A stretch of 63,538 nt of DNA, filler included, from Sphacelaria rigidula (taxonomy: Eukaryota): NCBI GenBank assembly GCA_964200075.2. It is 11 parts of 11 records of this genome, joined end to end, with 100 filler letters (N's around TTAATTAATTAA, not from the genome) between each part and the next. Parts side by side here need not be neighbours in the genome. Positions count along the whole stretch, not along the records: positions 34,715 to 40,399 come from CAXNAA020025267.1; positions 40,500 to 46,184 come from CAXNAA020025268.1; positions 46,285 to 51,969 come from CAXNAA020025269.1; 8 more parts are not named here. One strand, written 5' to 3'. Positions 35,896 through 47,499 of this stretch are shown one piece after another; position 1 is the first letter of the stretch, and every line of letters starts with the position of its first letter. A program made the position numbers and the translations under genes. Under the pieces are notes generated by a model that worked only from the letters and a program-made list of their open reading frames with translations, was not told the DNA's origin and ran no database searches.

Positions 35896-38008
35896 CTTTT
35901 CATTTGGAAGCAAGCAACAAAGCATATACGGGGAAACGGGGGGCAAGAATCAGGTTATCTGCTCACTACTCGACGTCCGCGGTTGACGAGCGATTTGTAC
36001 TGAGTCAACCTGCAAGTACCGTAGGTTCCACTTTACGGAGTACTATAACACGGTATAGGTACGCCGCACCACACATTGGCCCATGTAGATACTCAACACT
36101 ACCCACGAACTGCAGGCAAGTTGAAGTAACGGCACAAGGTGGGTTCTGTCGCATCAACATGTCCATAGCATCACCGCTTGTGGATGCCTGATCGTGACTT
36201 GACGCCGTACAACATGTCATGTGGAGGAATGATTCAGACACATTTGGTAAACTCGCGGTTTCTATTGAGGCAGGCAGCAAATACTGTACATCGGACTTAA
36301 CGGAATGTGCACCACAACACGGTATAAGCGATGTCACACAGTCTGATCGACTGGATACTCAATACTGCCGGGAACTGCAAGCCAATTAAAGAGATGGAAA
36401 ATTAGATTGCATCAATATGTGGATAGCATCGTCACTTGTCTTGCAGTTCTCGGCCACGACATTTGAAGTGACGGAGATTCTTGCGACGGTGCACGCATAT
36501 TTCCTGACAATCACGGCTAGCGCACTCGCTTCTGTTAGTGAAAGCTTCCAATTTCGTCGGGTGGGATATGTTGCCGTTGCTACTGCAGTGGAGGCAACAA
36601 GACGATTGTGTGAGAACGAATGGAAGCGGCGCTATAACACCGAGCACATTTATACAGGCACCTGGAATACAGTGGCAACATAGCAAAGTAAGTCAAGCCC
36701 CAAGTTGCGTGGACTCCACGTGCAGGATCTGGATACTGCCGCAATGAGCATCACATGATGGACAGATTGCAGGGTGTATGTAGTGACGTCGGTGCGGGCG
36801 TACCGTAGTTGACGAGATACAATACCCTTGGATGATGTAGGTCATGACCTCATTTCTCTGAGTTAGAGCAGCGTCGGTGCGCGGCCACGCCACCGAATCA
36901 CGCTTTGTTTGAAACTCCTGGCCGAGAAGTCTTGGCAATCTGTGGATCCTTCGAGAGTGCGTAGTCGCGCTTCTCGAAGAAATCGATCAAATACATACCT
37001 CTCGGGGGTGATACTTTGCGTCACCTACGGCACTCTCGCACCCATGTACATCACAACGTCGATAATTATATATATATATATATATGTGTGTGTGTAGGTT
37101 GCGCACTGGGGTGCAACCTCATCATCCATCCTTCGTATCAAGGAATACGGTAGCAGCTGCACGACAGGAGTATTCGTGGGGTGTATCGCTGCACCAGAGA
37201 GATGGTGGCCCGCTTCGAAGTGCTCACACGTATGAGTACGTTGGTTTCGCGATGGTACAAATCTCACCAAAATGTCATAGCCCCACTAGAGTATATATTA
37301 TGTACCAGAGTACATCGGTATGAGTCCTCGGGACTGCCAAGCTTCCTTCCACCTCAACGACATACACGGTCCTGTCAAACAGCTGTTGACCATCAACTCC
37401 AGCAAAAAATGTATTAGACTCGAATTTCGTGCGCCACCGGTGCGGAAGAAATCACCGTGCTCTTGGGCAATGATCACTCGTTTCTCGTGTTATCTCGGAC
37501 GTTTGTAGATTTCTGGAGCAAGAACATGATATTACTCGTGTTACAAACCTGCAATCTGAATGACTCTTGCCGCCGGACCACATGCTGTGCTCTGCGGGAA
37601 CATCCGCGACCCTAAAGGTCACCAAACTAGCGGGGTTGAAATCAAAGTCGGTGCTGCATATGCAGAAATACACCGTGAGCATTGCAGCAGGTGTGCATGG
37701 GTCATGAAGTAGTGAAACCACACCCATGCCGAGGACACCCTGTATGAAGTCGCAACGACGAGCATGTACCGGGTCATGGAGAAGATGTACATTTTCAACC
37801 CGGTCCACATCGTTCCCCGGTCGCATAGCGCTGGAAAATTGCATCAGAGATTAATTGATGTGGTACACTTCTCCTCGCGCACAGAAGGGAGGATATTTTA
37901 CCCCATTTCAATGAGAACGAGTGAAGCAAAACGCCAACACATTTTCTCCCTTCTTGTTGTAGCCTCAACGACAGGGCTCGATGTCACAAAAAAGAATACA
38001 TTGCACAC

Positions 38009-38392
38009 CTGGTTTCTTCTTTGCAACAAGTCTATCATGCCATCTTGCTGGTGCTTGATGCAACGAGTTGCAGCGCCGCCGTTGAACCCGAACGTCCGCT
38101 TGCCATTACAGCGCTCCGGTGCTTGGCTATCACAGTGCAAGGATATGAGCTCCAGCATAGCCTCCTCCATATGCTCACTGCATCTCGTGGGTAACTTTTC
38201 ACCTTCATACCCAAGAGAGGGCACATTAGTGCATCCCTTTTTTTCGCACTGCAGGGTCTTGAACACGAATATGGCGTCGATTTCTTGACCGTCACCCACG
38301 ACCACCACTGCTGAAGAATCCAGCACCTCCTCCTGACTTCGCTTGTCATCGCCACCGCTTGCTTCTGGAACAGTAGTCACCCCGGTGTCCAT
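38009..38392 (-). CDS. EsV-1-7 cysteine-rich repeat protein, exon 1
   Basis: Acidic N-terminus, then CEKKGCTNVPSLGYEG..RCSEH and CDSQAPERC..FGFNG..RCIKH..GMIDL; donor CAG|GTGTGC; start ATG inferred. Confidence 0.85.
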
Positions 38393-40544
38393 TTTCTCTC
38401 TGGCGATGCCCAGTTGACGCTACGCAGCGACAGTGTTACAAATGTAGGTGCCCTAGTCTTCCCAGAACGTGCGCAGTAGTGATGAGCGGCCAGGTGTTGT
38501 GTCGCAGCGTCACCTTGTACCAGACCTTGAGTGAAAGTACACACCGCGTCGGTAGCGCCCACAGGGAAGGCGGTGAAGTAACTTGAGGCTCCAAAGGATG
38601 TGAGTAAACCTACGCCTACAAGTGCTGTGCTGGAAACGCAGATGTATGTGCTTTTCGCGACGTGTGTGCTTCAGTGTCCCTCTCACCGGTGCTGAGTACT
38701 GCTGCCGGTGTGCAAACCGTCTGGCATATGGAAATGCGGTGAGTACCCGCTTTTTGTATCGTATATCGATCGCTCGAGGTTCACTTGATCTGATGATGAT
38801 GCAGGTGCGCAGCCAGACGAAATGCTGCGGTTGGCGCCCCGCCACCCCGCACCGTAGGTTTCTTTGCCCCACAACTCAAGTGGTCTCATCTAGACATATC
38901 GTATTCATTGCATAATGAAATACGAAACAGTCGTCAATTGTACAGTGGAGACCACGGCCCGTTGGTGAGAAAATATGGGTACCACCCTGCTCCCCGCAAA
39001 GTATGGAAACCAGCCCGGTATCAGTCACAAAAAAACGGTAAAACGCGGTCCTCTGGCACACGTTCTGGGCTTCCGCCAGCTGGTATTATGGGTCACGCTC
39101 TGGTGACGAAACAGCGACTTAGATCACTCACCATCAAGATTTCCAATGTACCGCTCTGGTTGGCTCAGTGATGTGTTGCCCCCGTTTGGGGGCTCGATCG
39201 CGATCTTGAATTACAACTACAACAGTCTGGGTGGAGGAGGTCAGGGTCATTCCGTCATCATGTATTCGTCTCGTTCTGGTGGGCTGCAGGCAGTAGTGTC
39301 CTCAGAACACTCCCTGTCAACGCTCGTTCAAACAAGATATATGCCCTATCAGCGCACACTTACTGCACTCTTCATCAGCGCACGCGCTTGAGGGTTTGAG
39401 CTATGGGGTTACTATAGGATGGACCCAACCATGGTGGTCAGAATTCAAACAGGTTAGCGATTCATGCGAAAGATACCCCCCAGAATTACCTGTGTGTACA
39501 AGGCTTAGCTCCACCCGGCGATCCTCAGCTCTACCGCATCATTGTATACATCATGCTGACGCACAAATAAATGCGTATTTCACAGCGCCGTACCGTACAG
39601 TACAGTACTGTGCATTACAGAGCAGTCGCGTATCCAAACGAAAATACCACCGTCTATCGGTCGGTTCTGCAAACGGTTCTCTCGGAGAACCATCCAGGGG
39701 CACAGACGGCGGAATGGGCCAGGGGCTACCCGGCACACCGCCGTTGATTATCTGGCCATAATATTCATGACGTTAGAGCTTCCGCCTACACTCAGCAAAT
39801 TCACCTGTTCTTGTGCCAAGAACTCTCTACTTGTACAAAACACGATATGAGAGCACAATAATGGCAACAACGCAGCAGCGAAACAGGGAGATTCGAGGGC
39901 GCAAAAACGGATTTGGGATGATTCCAAACGGACGTCAGGACCGGCGATCGAAATGAAAGACAGAGCGCAGGACTAGCCGTTCTTGAGTATAGCAACAGTG
40001 CACGATCGATCGATCTGTCTTATTCATGCCAACATTTGAATCATCGTTCACTGTATGGTCATCAACAGAAGCGGGCGGGAAGACAAACATGTTTCATATT
40101 TTTTTGTAAAAAAGAGGAACTTCACGAGAATGTCCACACTACTGATTGATTGTTCTTCTATCGATCCTAGCGGTTTGAGTGGTGAGACCCACTTTTATGG
40201 CAAACTAATCCCGATTTTTTGGACCCCAATTTTGAAAAAATCGGGGGGACTCAAATTCGTGTACTCGAAATCGGGGTGACAATTTTATGGCACAGACGGT
40301 ACAGTATCACAGGTTTGTGAAACGGTTCTGTACACAAACGGTCATTTTTTCATGAGTGTGGTACTGCGTTCTCGTGCATGAAGCCGAAGAGCAGGCAGGN
40401 NNNNNNNNNNNNNNNNNNNNNNNNNNNNNNNNNNNNNNNNNNNTTAATTAATTAANNNNNNNNNNNNNNNNNNNNNNNNNNNNNNNNNNNNNNNNNNNNT
40501 TTTTTCTACCCCCAACGACCGCCGAAAAACCCGGACCCTTTCGT

Positions 40545-43500
40545 AGCTCCCCCCCCCCCCCCCCCCCCCCCCGCTCGAAAAAAACTCTAGAGAAGAATAG
40601 ATTTTTCCGCGTATCCAAAATAATGGTATCCATGACCGTGGATCGCGACCACTTGCAGGCACCACGGCCGTCATACTCATCCTTCGGACACGAAGAGGAG
40701 TAAGCAGGAACGTTGGTCTGCATGAGCCCAAAAGGGCTCCACATTTAGTATTTGGAGAAATAAGGGGCTAACAAATTTCGCAATACTGACAACGTTCAGT
40801 TCACGGTTCATGAGAATACCAGGACGGCTTGAGCCAGTTTTGCAAGTAGACAGGCATACGACTATGCCCTGGTTTCAGCAGGTTATGGTGTCCACTTGGA
40901 TTTTTTGTGTTGCCCGCATCTCCCCCCGCTCCTGACTCCATCAACTCTTTTGATTGGAAGCTTGTCACGCCACTGTGGACGAATTCAGGCTTTACATGTT
41001 ATCTCGAACACATTTCTAAATATCTATTTCCTACTAGCTGCCCAGGTCGACGCAAGATACAGTGGGGGGCTTCTGCCTTCCGTTAGCAAAATAATCCTCC
41101 GTGTTCGCTTGCCAGCGCCGTTAGTACCACTAGAACCGACCCGTATCGTTCCGCAGATATACCATCGACGCAAATCAAGACGACCGATGTTAACAAAGCA
41201 TGAGCTGAGGTAGAATGGCGATAGCGCCATGCTCGAGTACCATCTCTCATATCCTGCACGAAGCACTGCAGTCTGTATAGCGCCTGACTCACACCTTTTC
41301 TTCTTTTTTCTTTGGCAAAAGATTATGTATATTTTCCCGCCCGCTGTTGCCCCCTTCATCGTGGTATCGCCGCCACTGTACTGGACCGCGCTCGCTCGTT
41401 GCTGTACTCAGCTGCGGAGATGTACCGGGGGACATTGTGTATGAGAACCTGTGGATAATAAGCACATTGATGTTTCGAAGGCAACGCCATTTACACAGTT
41501 ATCGTCGAACACACTTCAAACTGTCGGATCAATCCTCTGATCTCTTCGGATATCAGATTTGCTATTCGCCGTCTTCTCTTGATAACTCTCGATTGTTATG
41601 TGATAAAGGTTGCAGTCGCTGAGTTGTTTCTGGTATGACCAGCAGGTACGAGCAGTGTATATATGAGCGTCCAGATGATCAACTGTGTCGTTTCGGAGAC
41701 AAGTACGTGATGGTCGCTATTTGATGTTTATGACGCGGAGATACACGAGCTGGACGATAGATACATACGTATTGGCGAGTTTGAAGTGACCTAGCATTTC
41801 TTGAGTTATGACTTTGAGTAAAGACATTACTTGGGGTCAAATGTCGAATCTGTCGCACGATCCTCACCCTGGCACTTGGTCGCCGGTCTAGGGATTCCCA
41901 TGCAATAAGCACAGTAAAGGACTAATTAAACACTTCTACCGCGTTTGATACGTCTTCAGCTGTTCCTTCTTCGGTGCCTGAGCCCCCAGGAACAAGACTA
42001 TTTAGCAAATTCCGGGCGTACAATATTGTATTTCTTCGCTCAACTACGAGGTTGTTTATCCATCCTTTTGCATATTGAAGGTAACACCACCCCAGCACAT
42101 ACATCAACTAGCAAGCGCACGAAGAGAATGCTTGATCCTGGGAACAATATCACGCTTCTGTCTTTAGCAGCTAGAGTGACATTCTTTATTCACTCGACGC
42201 TTTTCTTGATAACTCTCGATGGGGTTTGGCACAATAATTGCTGCCACAGATACGGTGCGGGTACCCAGATTACCACAAGGATTTTGTGGCGACTTGGGGG
42301 TAAAGCCGTGTTGGTGGTAAAAAGGTCCTCTCAGTCCCACGTGATCCTCGGATGCACCTGTACGGTCTGGCAAACCATCGCTGTTGGCTTCGTATCGACG
42401 AGCACTTTATTTCCGACCCCACACTTCTTAATTGGTATTAATCGGTGCATAAAATTAGTGGGCATCGCCGCCAACTTTTGATAACACCTTTCATCCAGCC
42501 CAACGCTATATATCAACGTCAAGTGGACAGATGCCTACGAAATTTTGCGCTGGCCTCTAGTATCGTTATGGCGAGAAGAACTAAATGCGGTCGTTTTTCT
42601 TCACAGAAAAATCGCGGGGACTGTTGAACCACAAGAAATCTTATTTTCCCCGCGGGTCGATTTCGAATATTTTACGAAGTAGAGTACCTGGCTCTTTGAC
42701 TGATAGGGTGGGTAATCTGTCGACTCGGCATCATTTTTCCTTGCCGATTGAGTGTAAGGTCGAGATACGGGCTGGTCCACCACGTGAGACGAAAATGTGT
42801 CTCCAGCGCAAAAAGGACAACGCAGAGCAGATAATACACCGCCAGTGTGTTCGTATTGTCGAAGCTGTGACACGGTGTTGGTTAGCCCAGAATTCCTGCT
42901 CTAGCATCACTATCCAGTGCAGATGCAGTACGTACTCCCTCTCGTCACATTTATTTGAGGCAGCGCCGGAGCCCGAGCCAGTTTTAACATACCGCGAGTC
43001 ACAATGATGGTTGCACAACAAGGCTGATCGAACTTGAACAACTATGTAAAGCCCTTGCGTTCATCCCTCCTTGACAAACATTCCAGTTAGCGACCGAGTG
43101 ATGCTACGATAGTCCCCCCCCCCCACAGCAGCCCTAAATCTGTTACGAAGAAAATGGCTACATGGAGCATGCCAGCTGGTTTTAGACTGCATGATGGATC
43201 GCCTCGTATGGGTGACATTTGAGAAAACGACCCCAACCTTGAGATCTTCCAGGTGCTCGGTGTGCTGGGCTTTCGTCATTCGACTTACATGTAGATTTTT
43301 CCTCTGCAAACTAGCCACTTTCCTGGGTGGGGGCTGTCGCGGCACCAGTCGACCAGCGCCCCAATGCTTGAACGACAACACTGGCGAACAAGTAGCAGGA
43401 TTGCATTTCAATGCCACGTCTCGCCGGTTCTACAGTGCCCCGGTAGAGTCGTACGCAAATATCTCCTCTACTACTCTGCCTGGCGTATACGCTATAATAT

Positions 43501-46184
43501 GCCATTGCCCTGATATACTCGATCGGGGCACAACACACGTTCCCTCAATATATAGGAAATCAGGCAGTCAAGCAGCTAGAATGCTCAGGGTGCATTTATT
43601 TGATATTTCATGCTGTTCTCCTGTGCGACACCTGACTGTTGGTGATGGTTGTAGGGAATCATATCGCCCTTACTGTACCGCTATAGTCGAACAGGTGGCC
43701 TTGTGCTACCCGCACCTAACTACCATCCAGTGGTGTTGCTCCCTTCGGCGAATTAGTTTGCTGCACGGTACACACTACTTTACCGTCAAAAGGAAGCCGA
43801 CTGCGAGCGTAGGTAAAGCCAGTCGAGCGAGAAAACGCTCAGAGGCATCATGCATGGTATCAAAAACGCAGAACCGTTGCAACGTGAGTGACGTGCGCCC
43901 TCGATGATGTGGGCTTCCGGGTCCGGATCGCGCAGCTGTCTTCCCCTGTGTTTGCTCTCTGCTCGATGTACCCCCGGTCAAATATATCCAGAAATTGACC
44001 CAGTGCAATACAGTAAAGGAAGATATTTTAACAGGTTACCAAGGGCTACGTACACTACTTCGAGTCTACGAGCACCGATGCCCACCGTAAGTATCCAGGA
44101 GATACGGGGCAACGCATGACGATAAAACACCGGGAGCCCACCTCAGCTGTCGGCCGACAGTCCAGAGAAGATCTTCTACAAGGAGGGAAAGCTGGCGGTG
44201 TCCGGTTGACTTTCCCGCCCTCGGCTGATCTTTCCAAATTCCTGCTCGCAGTTCGTTTGCGTTTCCAACGATCCTTCCACCTTTCAAACTACTCTGTTTT
44301 CCCTTCTGGTCAACGTGGAGAGACAAGCCGGAAAAAAACTATACTCGAATATGAATAAAATCTATATCTTCGATCCACGGTTCATCAACAGCTGAAAATT
44401 TGGACACTCGTCATGACACCATGTCAGGGTACTTCGTTTTGACATCTTTGCTGGTGTTCGCCTAAACTTCGGTCATCATCCGATCAAACAGAGATACTCC
44501 CGACCCCTTTCATCGTTGTGTTATATCCGCTATGATGCCTAACACTTTGGTCAAAGAGTGAAACATCACCCTTTCTACCGTGTATCCGTTGGCCGACTCC
44601 TGGCGGCAATAATTGTGCATTTAGCTTCAGATGTTGGTGCACTCTTCGACCAGCGGATCGGACCGTCTGACGAATATAGAATACAATAAACATAAATAGA
44701 GCCGGCGGGGGCAAGGCAGAACAACGCCATCACACAGCCTCACAAGGAGTGCTTCTACGTCTTCCTGTATACGGGTTGGTGTGCCAAACATTTGCTATGA
44801 GCGTCGTCACTCCTGCGTTGTGGTTGCGGTGGCCGGAGTTGGCGTTGCAGTCTCCATTTGCGCTCGAATTTCTCCTCCTCCTGTACCCTTCACGGCTTTG
44901 GATACAGGCCGGCCTTGAGATCAGACGGTACTATCGTCGTTATTGTGCGTTGGTTCATGCTCGCGGACAGCACAACCCCAAGAAAAGGACTATATCAGCA
45001 TCAATGCTGCTGACCCCCTAATGTTTGCCGTCGTGCTTTTGTTCTGGATTGCTCGTGTTCATCGGTGCCATACAGACAGTACTCACGCGATGCCCACCGC
45101 CTGGCCAGGGATGGCGCATATTGCGGTAAAGATACAGTCGGTGCCGCGCTATTATAGAAATTGATGAGAGATCTAATGGCGAAGACGACCGAGTACTATA
45201 TACACACTGAACATAGGGCAGCTAACGTAAACATGTACCTCTCTCCCGTGTACGACCCCCTGTGCTAGAACACCACCCCCGTCCGAAGGTGTACCGTTAG
45301 CTTGCTTCATGGTGACATGGTGCTTGTGAAAATATCATCGAGATATTGTACTGACTGTTCTGGGCAGAGCCAGCTGGCGGAGGGATATGAAGCCCAGATC
45401 GGACCCGGACATAAAAAACCCCGAACAATTAAACCTTGTTGACCTCTCTGCGGTACATGGGACTTGAGGAGTACACGTGTGTACACCGACACACAAATCT
45501 CGGATTAAATCCTTTCGAGAATCATGGACAACAACGAAAAATAGCTGAGATGAGGTTCATCATGTCGTAACGATCCGCAGCCATGAACTCGGTGCCAGAT
45601 ATACAGCACAGTCTCACCGCTTTTTCCAAGCTTGTTCACGTTTCAGGTCAATACACGGAACCAGTCAACGGATTCTTAACATAGGTGTGACAGCTCCATC
45701 ACTTACCGTCGTTATGTGTCCATCTGGATTGCTTTCGTGTTAAATCCGATCGTCTTCCGCTTCTCGTTTGAAATTGCCTCCTTCTGGTACCTATTCGAGC
45801 TACTGCTGCCAGTACCAGACAGAGCAGAGTACTCTTTGTTACCTGATTACTCTCTCCGCAAGTCACCGGTTGGAGGCTCGCGCAGAATGTGGGAAAGTCC
45901 TTGAAGCGCACCAATGACCATGACCGATGGTGGCCTATATCTTGAACTAGCGACCATCGAAGCTGGGGCGTTGGACGCTTTTCTTCCGTCCGATTCTTCA
46001 TCGCGCGGAGTATCCTACTCCAAGTTCGCCTCGAACGAGCCCGAGATGGCCACTAAGGAATAAGAGCCGATTCTAATTTTCGGGGGTTGAACACTAACAT
46101 GGGGTTCAACTCGCCTTCGAAAAATCGAGAATTCACGCCAAAGAGTATCACCACGGGAAAACATTTCACGCAAGCAGAGTTTCT
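40545..46184 (-). mobile_element. Heavily decayed Ty3/Gypsy-like LTR retrotransposon internal region
   Basis: Fragments in RT then integrase order: ALKCNPAT (cf. GLxNAPAT), EHLEDL..VF..KTS..HFL (RT), VPNPIESYQ and VERRNTIL (integrase core); minus-strand poly-G tract at 40548-40572 as possible PPT; many stops. Confidence 0.6.
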
Positions 46185-47499
46185 NNNNNNNNNNNNNNNN
46201 NNNNNNNNNNNNNNNNNNNNNNNNNNNNTTAATTAATTAANNNNNNNNNNNNNNNNNNNNNNNNNNNNNNNNNNNNNNNNNNNNTGGACCAGCGGTCAAC
46301 TTTTTTCTCCATTTTCGGCAATCAGGCCGAAGAAATCGTGGATTTGGTAATTCGAACCCGTGATGATTTGTCCTAACCGTGCTACTGTTACAGTTATGTA
46401 GCATGGGAAATGGCAAAGAAAGGCGAATGAAGAAGGAAAGCAGCTCGGTTTCGTATATGTATCCTGGAAAATAACAGGGGACATCTAGGGAGAAACCAAC
46501 GACCGTTGAGCACATACAAAAATACCCTCGTTTACTAACGACGAACAAAGCAGCCGAAACACATGTACATCAACTAGACTTACTTTCCAAAGATCAGGTA
46601 TAATAATTATGAGGACTAAAATGATACCCAATATTGGTTCACGAGCCGAAGCACATAGAAGTGCCTCTGCATGTAAAATAAAAAGCGGGCGTCTACCTGA
46701 TTGTCACCGCTCATGCTCTCCTGGGCCAAGGAACCGTCCAGGCAGTGCTCAACAGTGCGATTATCCTGACCCCAACACACACACAGCAGCAGCAGCAGGG
46801 AGACCGATCGGGCGGGAAAGGCAGCGCATAAATCCCACTAGACATTGAGCAGAGGGCGGTGACCGGTGCTCATTACGGAACAGTTTCAATGCGAGCAAAC
46901 CTAGCAATGAGGATGCAGTCTGGGAGTACTATTTTACCTCGGTACTGTGGGTGCGGTGGTGGCATAGCTCATAGCTGACGACCCTTTATAGTAACCGGTG
47001 ACAGAGGAGGCCCACACTTTTTACTTTAGGTACAACCCCCCTCTACTTTTTCTTTTTTTTTTGGGTGGGGGAAGGGGAACGAGCTAAAAGGTGATTGAAA
47101 GGCAAAACTGGGGCAGCTGCAGGAATAGCCTACACTACCGCACACGAATACTCCTTCGCCATTGCAGTACGTGACCGAATACCTCTCCGACGTTCATTCT
47201 ACGAAAATCACGGCGGTCTCCAGGCAACGTGCGAACTCAGTCCAATCAACTCTTCTCATCAGTCACCGCTTCAGTCGCTGTTGTTTTTGTCTCCACATGG
47301 AAAACCGTTCCGATATTTGCGCAGTACTCTGTACTGGGCGTCTGATGCGGACGCCTTCCGTGGTCACAGGCCAAGTACCAGTACGTACGAGTTCTGCTTT
47401 TACTCGCGTCCAGACGTTTGTGAAACCTGTGTCCGTCCTTACCCTAGAGCTCAGCAACTAACTTCCATTGCTTTAGGTAGTTTTATACTCGAGATTTGA

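Noticed and set aside
36000..36950. Possible DIRS/Ngaro RT relic in the EsV-1-7 intron (YVDS, FVGWDM)
   Set aside because: Motif resemblance is too weak to call without a profile search
43191..43907. 238-aa and 178-aa (41945-42481) plus-strand ORFs
   Set aside because: Antisense to the decayed Gypsy pol; no motifs
46330..46410. Minus-strand B-box-like GGGTTCGAATT (possible third SINE family)
   Set aside because: No clear A-box and no second copy in the window
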